DNA from: Candidatus Saccharimonadota bacterium
GTDB taxonomy: Bacteria; Patescibacteriota; Gracilibacteria; BD1-5; UBA2023
Length of the DNA stretch: 32,000 bases
Direction of reading: 5' to 3'
NCBI GenBank assembly: GCA_042852035.1
Contig: BAAFHK010000001.1
Span: 90,001 to 122,000, forward strand
Positions 9,958 to 20,141 of this stretch are shown one piece after another; the stretch's first letter is position 1, and each line of letters opens with the position of its first letter. Below the pieces are notes generated by a model, which ran no database searches, had not been told where the DNA came from, and worked only from the letters and a program-made list of their open reading frames with translations. The position numbers and the translations under genes are program-made.

Positions 9958-10896
9958 ATGAATTGGGTCACTTGGATCCTTGTCATCTGTCTCCTCGTGA
10001 GCGGATGTAATGGTGAAGGAAGCACCGAAAAACCTTCTCCCGTAGAGTCCGCGTCAGCGACTACTCGTGATGTGCCTCTCGGAAGCTGTCCGAAGGATGC
10101 TCTGACACTCGTGTCATGGAACGTCATGAACTTCGGATCGAAGAAAACAGATGAGACCATCAAACGCATGTCTGACATCCTCCTCTCTCGAGGACTGATC
10201 TATCGAAATCAAGAAAAGATTCGAGCGAATATCATCCTCCTTCAAGAGGTGAACGCCGGATCTCGTACGGGTGGAGTCCAGACAGTTGCTCGTCTCGGGT
10301 CTGCCCTCGGGCAAGATTGGGACTCGGTGACGAGTGACAGTACCTCGGGTGATGGAGTCGAGCGGTATGCTATCCTCTGGGAGAAATCTGCTTTCGAGGT
10401 GAATCGTCGAGATGCTTATCTGGTGCAAGATCTCCGTGATGCGATTGATCGAGAACCCTTCGGTCTCAGGCTCACTCGAGGTGGACAATCCTTTTGGGTT
10501 TATAGCTACCACGCAGTACCGACGGCAAAAAAACCCATACGGGAAATAAAAGTCGTCAGAGGTTCGGCAGAGCTCGAGTCACGAAGTGCTGCTATCCTTG
10601 CTGGAGACTTCAATCTCGGTCGCACATCGGTGGTGGATATCTTCGCGGGATGGACTGATCACATCGACGGGAAAACCTCACTCAAGTCAACGATCGGAAA
10701 GGATGGAAGCTACCTCTCCTACCAATACGATCACATCCTCACAAAGGGTGGTGTACGAGTCTGTGAGAGTGGCATTATCGACTTCGTGTCACTCCATTTT
10801 TCTCCTGTTGATGTCGAAAACCTGAGACGTGCTCGTGAAATAAGCGACCACCTGCCCGTCTACATACGATTCACTCTGAAACCAGAAGGGAACTAA
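9958..10896 (+). CDS. Secreted endonuclease/exonuclease/phosphatase (EEP, DNase I-like) family lipoprotein
   Basis: Intact 312-aa ORF with no TGA. Signal peptide with lipobox LVSGC. LVSWNVMNFG, LLQEV, AGDFN and C-terminal SDHLPV are typical EEP motifs. Tandem stops TAA-TAG. Confidence 0.85.
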   Translation: MNWVTWILVICLLVSGCNGEGSTEKPSPVESASATTRDVPLGSCPKDALTLVSWNVMNFGSKKTDETIKRMSDILLSRGLIYRNQEKIRANIILLQEVNAGSRTGGVQTVARLGSALGQDWDSVTSDSTSGDGVERYAILWEKSAFEVNRRDAYLVQDLRDAIDREPFGLRLTRGGQSFWVYSYHAVPTAKKPIREIKVVRGSAELESRSAAILAGDFNLGRTSVVDIFAGWTDHIDGKTSLKSTIGKDGSYLSYQYDHILTKGGVRVCESGIIDFVSLHFSPVDVENLRRAREISDHLPVYIRFTLKPEGN

Positions 10897-11022
10897 TAGA
10901 GGCATTAACCTCGAACTTAAAATAAGACCTCTAGATTATACCGAAATAAATATTAGCCTCGAAGATGCGAGCAATCGCTGTCCTCAGGTTGTTGCATAGG
11001 AGAAGATTCTCCTGAGCATTTC

Positions 11023-11055
11023 CTCCCCCGTGAAATATCGGGGGAGAATTTTTTA
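11023..11055 (+). terminator. Intrinsic terminator
   Basis: CTCCCCCG (11023-11030) pairs with CGGGGGAG (11039-11046), followed by AATTTTTTA. Confidence 0.65.
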
Positions 11056-11100
11056 TTTAATAAAAATCCCAAGAACAAGTCTTGGAATTTTGTATTTTTC

Positions 11101-11177
11101 TGGAGCAGGTAATGGGACTCGAACCCACAACAGCCGCCATGGCAAGGCGGTACTCTAGCCAATTGAGCTATACCTGC
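11101..11177 (-). tRNA. tRNA-Gly (anticodon GCC), CCA encoded
   Basis: Cloverleaf folded by hand: acceptor GCAGGTA/TACCTGC, anticodon stem CCGCC/GGCGG with loop TTGCCAT, T-arm GTGGG-TTCGAGT-CCCAT, 3-prime TCCA. Confidence 0.9.
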
Positions 11178-11291
11178 GTGTGGGATGTATATTATGTATT
11201 TTTATATTTTTTCAAGAGGAATTAAAAAATCTCCCTGAAAAGAGAGTTTTTATTTACTGGATTGCTTCCTTTCACTCGCAATGACGGAAAA

Positions 11292-11858
11292 CTATTTTTT
11301 TGAAAATTGCTTCTTTAGCCAATCTGCCCCCATTCGGAGGAGATCGTCCTTATAGTCACCATCATTATTTTTATCGAGGAGATTCACGGCGAGGGATTCA
11401 AGCATTGAGCGAGAGTTCTTACTGGTACTCGAGAGGACTCATGAGAGATTATCGAGGGTGATCCCGCCTTTTGATTTCTCTTCTCCGAGGGCTCCGAGGA
11501 GGAGTGGAGCAATGGCTGCGAGTGCACTGCCAGCTTGGCTCTTCGAGACTCCACTTTCTCGGGCAATCGTATCAGCAGTCGTCTCTTTCTCATCTCCGAA
11601 GATGTGACCGATAATCTTTTGTCCGTCAGTATCATCATCATCGATATCAGTCTTTGCACTTGTATGCTTATCGAGGGCATCATAGAGAGCGCTTGCTCAT
11701 TCTTGAGACTCTGCATTTTTTGAGAGCTTTTCGAGGAGGAGCGGGGCTCCGAGGGCGATGAGTTTTTTGGCTTGAGCATTATCGACTCAGAGCTTGGCAG
11801 CTATTTTATCAGTAGCACCCGAGGCAATAGCAGATTGGAGAAGGCTTGAGATATCCAT
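11292..11858 (-). CDS. DUF937 family protein
   Basis: 188 aa after reading 3 TGA as Gly. Repeated ...A..L.A.APLLLG.L units and C-terminal LLDKNNDGDYKDDLLRMGADWLKKQF are typical of DUF937. ATG at 11856-11858, TAG at 11292-11294. Confidence 0.7.
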
Positions 11859-11873
11859 AAGTGGGAAGGGTTA

Positions 11874-12599
11874 TTATTCTGCCGGGAGGACTTTCGGATT
11901 GGTGCGAACAGTCGCTTCTGTTATCGGAAATGGTTTATCAGAATTGAGGATTGGGGTACGAGAGTAGACAGGAGCAGTTGTTTCTGGTTCTGTTTTTTTC
12001 GTGGTGGTAGTTTTTGTTGTTGTTTTTTTTGGTGATTGAGCAATTGGTGGGGTTGCTCCAGTGTTATTTATGTTTTCTTCATTCGTTGTTTCGACTTTTG
12101 TTCCCGCGAGACTTTCACAGACGATACCATCCTTATCTCGGTCGAGTCCGTAGAGATCAAGTGACTTTACCTTTTTTGCATCGACGCCATCATTGTAGCT
12201 CGCGATATCGTTCGCACACTGATCATATTTTGCTTGGGCTTCTGTTTGGGTCGCGAAATTTTTACAGTCGAGCTCATTTTTATCATTGCCGATTGGCTTC
12301 ACACACGAGCCCATGATTTTGAGTCCATCTTTCGTATGTTGTACTCGAGAGGCTTGTATATCTCAGGTTTCCCAGAGCTTCCCGAGATCGAGATCATAGT
12401 TAAATGTCTCGATACCGATAGCAGCGAGGATGAGGATTGCGAGACCAATCGCGAATCCTTTTTTGATAATCCCAAGTATGAAGAGAAGGAGAATTACTGC
12501 GAGGAGGAGTACCATGAACCAGATACGAGTTGATTTGGTATTGCGAGCATTTTGTGCTCCTGCCTTGAGATTTTCAGCGGCTTGCTTGAGATCTGCCAT
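11874..12599 (-). CDS. Membrane-anchored Excalibur calcium-binding domain protein
   Basis: Fragments 12363-12599 (two TM helices) and 11874-12314 join across TGA at 12363-12365. Excalibur motif DCKNFATQTEAQAKYDQC...LDRDKDGIVCESL, then a Thr/Lys/Pro-rich tail. ATG at 12597-12599. Confidence 0.75.
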
Positions 12600-12629
12600 A
12601 GAGAAAAATAAAGGATAAATGACGAGTCG

Positions 12630-12657
12630 AGTATAATCTCTTTCTTTCGAATTACAA
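12630..12657 (-). promoter_or_regulatory. Possible promoter TTGTAA-N16-TATACT for the Excalibur/DUF937 unit
   Basis: Minus-strand TTGTAA (plus 12652-12657) and TATACT (plus 12630-12635), about 30 nt upstream of the ATG at 12599. Confidence 0.3.
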
Positions 12658-12661
12658 TATG

Positions 12662-13303
12662 CTAGGCTCACTCCTTTTTACGAAGCCATTTCACGATAGG
12701 GTAGAGAAATGGAGTGATGGCGACTTCTGTAGCAAGCTTCCAGATATAGTTCGAGAGAAACATCGAAATGAGGATATCGGTCGAAAATATGGCTCCGAAT
12801 GTATCACCGAAGATTGCGAAAATCCCAGAAAAGGCGACGATGAGGAATATCGCGGTATCGAGGGCATGTCCGATAACGGATGACCCGAGAGTGCGCATCC
12901 AGAGATGTTTTCATTCCGTGAGTTTCCGTATTTTCATGAGGATGGTCGCATTCGCGAGTTCTCAGGCGAGGTAGGCGATGAGGCTTGCGAGGATGATGCG
13001 AGGAGTAGATCCGAGGATGGTGTCATATGATGCCTGATTAGTCCATTCGGCATTCGCAGGGATGCGCCCGACTGCCCAGGTGATGAGCGAGAAAAGAAGG
13101 AGTGAAGCAAATCCCGTCCAGATGATTTGTCGAGCATTTTTAATCCCATAGATCTCCGTGAGTATATCTCCGAGGATGTAGGCAAGTGGGAAGATGATTG
13201 TCCCCCCGTCGAAGGTAAATGGTCCAATATCGATGAGCTTCACGCTCGTGATATTGGCGATGATGAGAGTGGCGACGAAGAGTCCAGAAATGATAGGAAG
13301 CAT
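12662..13303 (-). CDS. yhhQ: Queuosine precursor transporter, YhhQ/DUF165 family
   Basis: FTFDGGTIIFPLAYILGDILTEIYG and SSVIGHALDTAIF motifs. Fragments join across TGA at 12962, 12911 and 12668. ATG at 13301-13303, TAG at 12662-12664. Confidence 0.85.
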
Positions 13304-13340
13304 GGAGAATTTTAATTGTTATTTGGAATGGTTTATATTC

Positions 13341-13414
13341 TGGTGCTCCCGGCGAGAATCGAACTCACGTTTTGAGCTTCGGAGGCCCATGTTCTTCCAC
13401 TATACTACGGGAGC
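13341..13414 (-). tRNA. tRNA-Arg (anticodon CCG), CCA encoded
   Basis: Acceptor GCTCCCG/CGGGAGC, anticodon stem TGGGC/GCTCA with loop CTCCGAA, T-arm GTGAG-TTCGATT-CTCGC, discriminator A plus CCA. Confidence 0.9.
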
Positions 13415-13450
13415 TGTGAAGATTTAGGATATTCAAAGTGAATAAAAAGA

Positions 13451-13486
13451 CAAAAAATAAAACCTCCATTCGGAGGTTTTATTTTA
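13451..13486 (-). terminator. Intrinsic terminator ending the hom-lysS-DUF4145-zeta unit
   Basis: AAAACCTCC-ATTC-GGAGGTTTT hairpin flanked by A- and T-runs on both sides. Confidence 0.75.
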
Positions 13487-13603
13487 CTGTTTCTGTTGTG
13501 GCTTGTCGGAAGTAAGTGCGGTTTTTTTTATTTTTGGAGAAAATAGCAATCTGCTTTTTTCCAGATCACTCGATGCCTTTTTCGATTAATGTTTTGAGGT
13601 TTT

Positions 13604-14446
13604 CTAGGTTCATAAGTGGTTATTCGTGATTTTGAAGTACCAGAGCTTGAGCCAAGCCATGAAACTTCCACTTCCGCGATAATTCGCAATCAGTGTATTC
13701 TGAAAACTTTCGATGTCAAGGGTGAGACGTTCTTTATTGTAGAATACTCACATAGAGTATCATATTCTGAATTTTTTACAAAAACTTTCCAAAGTTTTTA
13801 TCCCATCATAGGTTCGGTAGGTAAACTCGTGTTTATCGATGTTATGATAGGTTTTACTCGCGACAAATAAAAATATATTATACTCATCACGAGCGCGAAA
13901 AGCATTTTCGATCGAAGAATAAAACCCATCGATAAATACAGGAACAGGAACATTCCTCATTTTGTACATCTTTCTGAGAAAGGTGTAATAAAATGAAATT
14001 CGAGGTTCTTGGAAGATAAGTGTAACCATAACCTTTCGTTCATAGTGCATGCACTGGTCGAGATTTTGTTTCACCTTTTCATAGCTCCGAAATGTTCCAT
14101 CGAAGATGAAATTCAAGTGATTATGGAAGCAGTATTTGAGAATCTTATCAGCAACTCGTACCGATGCTTTTTGGTATTCACTCGCATTCTCTCCGTTGTA
14201 ACCACGGAACATTTTCCTATATGCATCTATATCTATGACGATAAAATTCGACTTGAGATCAGAGAATATGGTCTCGAGGAATTCACTTTTTCCAGCTCAT
14301 GGAGCTCACGCAAGAAAAATAGCAGAGATATCGAGAGGATCTTTGATCGCATATTTTTCCTTCTTTCCAAAACTCTCGATGATATATTCCGCGAGTTTCT
14401 CTATTCCGGCTTCGGTGTTGTCGAATTTTGTTCGGAGATCGAGCAT
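13604..14446 (-). CDS. Zeta-toxin family P-loop kinase domain protein
   Basis: Walker A FLA[G]AP[G]AGKSEF with both glycines encoded by TGA (14306-14308, 14297-14299). VIDIDAYRKMF (zeta D-x-D-x-x-R) and FIFDGTFRS. Joins track ORF 13760-14212 across TGA. ATG at 14444-14446, TAG at 13604-13606. Confidence 0.8.
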
Positions 14447-14461
14447 CTTGAATATTACTAA

Positions 14462-15181
14462 CTAAGGAGTTTGTATTTTTTGAGCCTGTTTAGCGTCCCC
14501 TAGCTTTTTTAGTCATTGAAGTCTAGTATTTTTATCGTGTCTTTTTATGTACCATTCTTCCAAGAGAAATTCTATTAACCACTTTAATTGATCAACTTCT
14601 CATTCATCTATATCTATAATGAGGTTGATATCTTTCTCCATATGAGCTCAGATATTTCAAGTTTTTCTTAGAGTCTCAATAGCGTCAATGATATCAGTAT
14701 CGTGTATAACATTTTTTAATTCATCAATTTCATCAACCAATCGTGATTTTACTATTTTATGAAAATCACGAATCATTCATTGCAAGCATCTTCGCAAAAG
14801 TGTGGCAGAGGCCTTAGGTGAGAGTGATGCTATTTTGCATGCTTCATTATAATCTTCAATTATTGGTTCTGGAATAATTCATGAAGGGAACTGTTTTGCC
14901 AGAGAGTCAGGCACAAGTTGCCAGCTATTTATAACTTCAAATTTTGAACTAATCCCATCTTCTTCACTTTCATAATCAATATAAGATCCAAGTGTTGCAG
15001 TTACTTGATGCATTCTGCACTCGGGATTCGTACAAACGATTATGTCAGTATTAAAGTAGAGACGTTTTTTTAAGTAAACAGTTTCAATTTCAAAGTCATG
15101 ATATGAATTGGCATGGCTCGAATTAGAATCATTTACTACCATTCTTGTTCAGCAGTATGGACAATGGTTTGTATGACTCAT
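14462..15181 (-). CDS. Zn-ribbon plus DUF4145 domain protein (HEPN-like R..GN..AH motif)
   Basis: N-terminal CPYC[G]...CTNPEC. C-terminal IIEDYNEACKIASLSPKASATLLRRCLQ...AIETLRKTGNIGAHME...LIEFLLEEWY matches the DUF4145 pattern. ATG at 15179-15181, TAG at 14462-14464, 15 nt before the zeta-like gene. Confidence 0.75.
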
Positions 15182-15201
15182 AAAAAATAGTTCATTAAAA
15201 A

Positions 15202-16788
15202 TTACTTTTCTTCTTTTTCATCTACAACATGAATCGGCTTCATAAATGGAAAATACTGCACTTCTCGGATCGGCTTATCTTCGAGGAATGCAAAGAGTCG
15301 CTCACCAAATCCAAATCCACATGTCGGAGGCATCCCATGCTCGAGCATCTCGACGAAATCCCAATCTGGCATCATCGCTTCATCATCACCGCTTGCGAGC
15401 ATTTCTTGTTGTTTTTCGAAACGAGCACGTTGATCGAGCGGATCATTTAACTCTGAGTAGCCATTTCCGATTTCACTTCCTCCGAGAATCACTTGGAATC
15501 GTTCGACGGTTCCTGGATTTTTGCTACTTGCTTTCGCGAGAGGAGAGATAAGAGCCGGGTGATTCACGAGAAATGCGGGTCCAGAGATGAGCTTACGAGT
15601 ATATTTCCAGAGGGTATCGGTGAGGCGTTCGCGATTGGTTCCGTCATACTTTACCCCGAGTTCTTCGAGTTTTTTTCGCATCTCATCATCGGTTGCTGTG
15701 AGGATATCGATTCCTGTTTTTTCTTTCACTGCCGTCACATAGTCGACTCGTCTCCATTCATCGGCGAGATTGAATTCGTGCCCACGGGCAGAGAATTTTG
15801 TCTTTCCATAAACTTCGATTGCGATATATCGATACATTTCTTCGACGAGTTTCATGCCCATCTCATAATCCGCATATCCCCAGTAGAACTCCATATTCGT
15901 GAATTCCTGAAGGTGATCAGGGCTTGATCCCTCGTTTCGGAATGCTCGACCGATTTCGAAGGTCTTCGGAAATCCTCCCGCCATGAGACGTTTCTGCCAG
16001 AGTTCTCCGATAGAGATGCGAAGGTAAACATCGACATCGAAATCATTGTGATGTGTTGCGAATGGACGAGCTTCAGCTCCACCAGTTGTGTGTTCGAGAG
16101 TTGGGGTATCTACTTCGAGGAATCACTTGTTTATGAGGAAGTCACGAGTGGCTTTCCAGAACTTACTTTTGCGGATGAATGTCGCACGGAGTTCATCATC
16201 CATGGTCATATCGAGGTATCTTTTACGGTAGCGTTCGTCATCACTTTCGATCCCATGGAATTTCTCTGGAAGTGGGCGGATAGCCTTCGTGAGAAATGAG
16301 AATTCCTTCACGAAGAGGGTAAGCTCACCTTTATGGGTATAAAAAAGCTCTCACTTTACGCCGATGAAGTCTCCAAGATCGATAAGTTTTTCTGCGAATT
16401 TATAGGCTGATACTGGTTCTGTTTCTCCTGTGAGTTCAGTTTTTGACTCACTTCCGAGATTGATCGAGCAATTTTCTCTCGAGAAAAGCACTTGTATTCT
16501 TCCTGTTCCATCAGAAATCGTCGCGAAACAAATCTTCCCAAAACTTCGATGAAGCATCACTCTTCCTGCGAGGGCGATATCTCCATTTGGATTTGGTATC
16601 ACCTCTTCAACTGATCGGAATGAAGAAGTTTCTCCCTCTTCGATTTTGCTTTTGTAAGCTCAGAGAATGGCCCCAATTTGGTGGGTTGTATCAAATTTAG
16701 TCGCAAAGGGATTCACTCCAAGCGTACGGATGCGTTCGAGTTTCTTGATACGGTCGAGGGTTTCGGTAGAGTAATTTGGTGTAGACAT
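15202..16788 (-). CDS. lysS: Lysine--tRNA ligase, class II
   Basis: FEIGRAFRNEG, GGSEIGNGYSELNDP, GMPPTCGFGFGERL, and an N-terminal OB-fold region. Fragments 15202-15984, 16123-16311 and 16351-16602 are in one frame joined by TGA. ATG at 16786-16788, TAA at 15202-15204. Confidence 0.95.
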
Positions 16789-16799
16789 GAGGAAAATAA

Positions 16800-17924
16800 T
16801 TATACAATTCGTTCTTTTAAGAGGGATGCCAGATCAACACGGATGCTATTGGCAGTATTTTCGATACCAGCTCAGGGTCGAGCACATTCGCTTGTGAAAC
16901 AATCCGTTTCGATAACAACCTTGTTATCTGTTCCTGTGAGTGATCCTAGAGGGCTTTCGAGAGAAACTTCTTGTGGTCCAACATGAATCGATGCTTTTTG
17001 ATTTTTAGTTTTCATCGAAGCGATATATCTGAGAGTCTTTCATTCTGATTTGAGTCTGGTAATTCTATGAGAAAAATCAAGATCAAGATGGGCAATATTC
17101 TCAAAGAATGTCTTTCAAGAATAAGAAGCATATTCTTGAGAAATAAATGGCACAATCTCAATATCTTCTATCGAGATATCGTATCCAGCCGTTCGAGCCA
17201 GTATAAGTATTTTTTTTGCAACATCGAATCCAGAAAGGTCATCCCATGGGTTTGGTTCTGTGTATTTTCGAGAGTGAGCATCTTTCACGATTTCAGAAAA
17301 TTTCTTCGATTTTTCAAGCTCAGTACAGATATATGCAAGGGTTCCTGAAAAACATCATTCAATAGAGTGAACGGTATTTTTTGTATCATAGGCTCAGGCA
17401 ATTTCATTTACAGCAGGTCCTCCAGCCATTACTGAGGCGCGGTAGGCATATTTCCTGCGATCACGAGTGAGATATCGGAATTCTTCTACACTTGAGAGGG
17501 CAATAGGGTTTTTATTTGCGGTGACGATAACTCAACCCCTTCTTATGACTTCCTTATGGAATTCAAGATTCTCCTTTGAGGCATCAGCTGTGGTATCAAT
17601 AAAAACAATATCAGATTCTCTGAGTCAGAGGGTTTTTAGTGAATGGAGGATACTCCAGTATCACTCACGGATGGTTACTCACATTCGATCGATATCTTTT
17701 TTTATATCTTCACTCTGCTCCCAAGAAAGTCCCTGAAGGACAGAGTTAGGATCTGCAAGGAGAATTTTCTTACTATTTGCAACTCAGAGGATGCGAGTGG
17801 GATGGAGATGGTCACTGTCCCAAAAATCACAACGATTAATTTGTTCGATTACTTTTCCTCATACTCATCAGGTTGCCCCTATAATAAAGACATTTTGTGC
17901 GTGAATGTGCCCATGCCAGTGCAT
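16800..17924 (-). CDS. hom: Homoserine dehydrogenase
   Basis: Not visible in the standard-code track (13 in-frame TGA). NAD motif IIGAT[G][G]V[G]GKV (TGA at 17859, 17865, 17868). EPNPWDDLSGFDVAKKILILAR. ATG at 17922-17924, TAA at 16800-16802. Confidence 0.9.
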
Positions 17925-18033
17925 AAACGATGATAATAACCTGTAGAATATACAGAAAATATTGAGAATTACAACCCTTTCTCCAGGCTCATCTGACTTT
18001 ATGAAAAAGAATAGAGTCACCCCATAAGGTTTC

Positions 18034-18684
18034 TTATCCGTAACGAAAGAGAAATGATGGATCTGGACAGAAGTTTCTTATGCTTGAGAGATCTTTCTCG
18101 CTACAATATCATCGGTTTTTCCATGTATCCAGGTCTTGACCTGTAAATACTTGGAGATGAAGGTGTGGAAACCAATTCCCATTCTCTTCTGGTGCACCAA
18201 GAGTTGCGAGATATTCTCATCGTTTTACAAAAGTATTTTTCGTAATCGAATCCAAAGAAAGATGTCCATAAAGAGCGTAAAATTTCATTGTATCGAGGAT
18301 ATACTCTATTATAATATATCATCCATAATTCCCATCTCATGGTTCATATCAGCTCTCATAAACTCTGCCATCAAGAGGGTTATAGAGCTTTGTTTTTGCC
18401 TCAAAAAGTATATCTATACCGAGATGATAGATTCGGCCCTCTTCACGAATATGTGTTCCCGTGAGTATATGGGATCGATCCTCGAGGTATCCTCATATTG
18501 CCCATGTGGCTCAAGAATTATTAAGAAGTGAACGATTATACTCCTCCATGGATTCCATATTTCTCGGATCGATAACCAGAAATTCTGGAACTGAGTAATC
18601 AAGAGAAGCTGGAGGGGTGGTAGTATTCTCACCGAAGAGTGGAAAAATATCGAGATGTTGAGAAAGTAAAGGAAGTGGATACAT
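18034..18684 (-). CDS. M23 (LytM-domain) metallopeptidase-like protein, no signal peptide
   Basis: HLGIDI...PLDGRVY...YGGYIIIEY...YGHLS...WFPHLHLQV. Several TGA=Gly. ATG at 18682-18684, TAA at 18034-18036. Confidence 0.8.
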
Positions 18685-18692
18685 AAAAAGAA

Positions 18693-19757
18693 TTAGGAAT
18701 GAATAAGTGAGAGGTAATGGTCACGCACAGTATGGCAGATTTTCTCTGGATTGAGTGATCCGAGCGAGAAAGTACGAAGTTCTGAAGCACTATCTCCATA
18801 ACCATCTATAGTTCGGTTATGATTGTGCGGCTCAGGTAAATCTCATCAGATGTCGACATGGTTATAGAGGAGCTCACTCGAATGGAACTCAACTCCGCTC
18901 TGGAGTGCGTATCGTATGGATTGAGGAGAATGTGTCGCATCCGTTCCGAGTGCTCGATATTCTCAGTAAACATTATGATTTCCTCTGTGGAGCGCTTCGA
19001 CGTGAAGTGCGGTTGCGAGGGTACTCATGATGCCTTGTCCACGATATTGTGGGAGAGTAGAAGACTCAGTGAGCTCTCCATGTTCCACTTTTCTTCCATC
19101 ATCGAGAATATGGGGTTGATGATTATAGAGGATGGATGCTACGAGGAGCCCTCTATGGTTCCTTACCCCGAGTACAAAATCACCCTCTTTACTTCAAAGA
19201 GTTTCTTCACATGCTTCTGTAGACCATCAGAAGGGAATCCAGAGATGTGCGAGTTCTTCTGCCTCAATATCTTTGGTAAGTCTGTATCATTGATTTCGAA
19301 ATCTTTCGAGTCAAGTGAGGGCATGATGTTTGAAGTCTCCGATTTCCTCGAGAATACGTGCACGATAGGCCCTATTAATCTCCCTGAGGCGTAATTGAGT
19401 CTGATTGTTTGGATTTCGATCCTCACGATTGTGAGAGTATGTTATATACCAAATATTTTTCCCTCATACAGAGTAATCAGGATAGTATGAGAGGGTTCCG
19501 CCACACGATTGGATAATTCTCTCTTCGAGTTCCTGGATTTCGTGCTTGTCCGCTTTTAGGAGAGATCGTATCACGAGTCGTGATCGAGAGCTACGTTTAA
19601 ATATCTCGAGAATTTCTCCTACGTTTTTGAGGAAGTTGGTTGGCGTGAGTAAGGTCTGTCGATTTTCATAAGTAAGCCGGTGGTATGAAGCATCGAGATT
19701 GATGCCTTCATGTGATCCTCAGGAGTATCAAGAGGCTTGGGGAAGGGGATGTGTCAT
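18693..19757 (-). CDS. GNAT-family N-acetyltransferase domain protein with an unknown ~200-aa N-terminal region
   Basis: C-terminal LVASILYNH...ESSTLPQYRGQGIMSTLATALHVEA is the GNAT acetyl-CoA motif. Continuous 354-aa frame with TGA=Gly. The plus-strand ORF 18858-19394 is its antisense shadow. Confidence 0.7.
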
Positions 19758-19852
19758 GAGTAGTAAAATAAGCTAAAAAATAAACTTCGAACCTTTGCAT
19801 CTTTGCTTTTCAAAGACGATGATATAAAAGCTTTTTCAAGTAGTCTTCCTTA

Positions 19853-19895
19853 TAAAAAATCCACCCTGAAGTGAGTGGATTTTGTTCTTTTTTTC
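19853..19895. terminator. Terminator-like hairpin inside the thrC-GNAT spacer
   Basis: ATCCAC (19859-19864) pairs with GTGGAT (19875-19880), flanked by A6 and a T-rich tract. Confidence 0.4.
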
Positions 19896-19992
19896 TGCCA
19901 ATAAGAATCAAAAAGAATCCCACTCATAGAGAAGGTTCTTCTTTTTCTTTGAGGTATGATTTCCTGAGTAAAACATAATTTTTATGAAGTTG

Positions 19993-20025
19993 AAAATAAA
20001 AAACCTCTCCGAGAAATCGGAGAGG
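19993..20025 (-). terminator. Intrinsic terminator downstream of thrC
   Basis: 9-bp stem CCTCTCCGA (20004-20012) / TCGGAGAGG (20017-20025) with GAAA loop, followed on the minus strand by TTTTTTATTTT. Confidence 0.75.
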
Positions 20026-20141
20026 TTTGGAGTTGCTTGCATTACACCAAAGAGCCTATCCGATTGGAGAGGCGAGCTTCTTTGTTGTGATAGAGTGGGA
20101 GAACATGAATTTGAATATATGAATGAAGTATTGAATGTCAA

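Noticed and set aside
10953-11162. 69-aa minus-strand ORF
   Set aside because: It overlaps the tRNA-Gly gene and a terminator hairpin and has no coding features.
19858-19885. A CAGGGTGGA segment on the minus strand resembling part of a T-box motif upstream of the GNAT gene
   Set aside because: Only a partial match to the T-box consensus. No specifier-loop or antiterminator architecture could be traced, and the downstream gene is not an aminoacyl-tRNA synthetase or an amino-acid biosynthesis gene.
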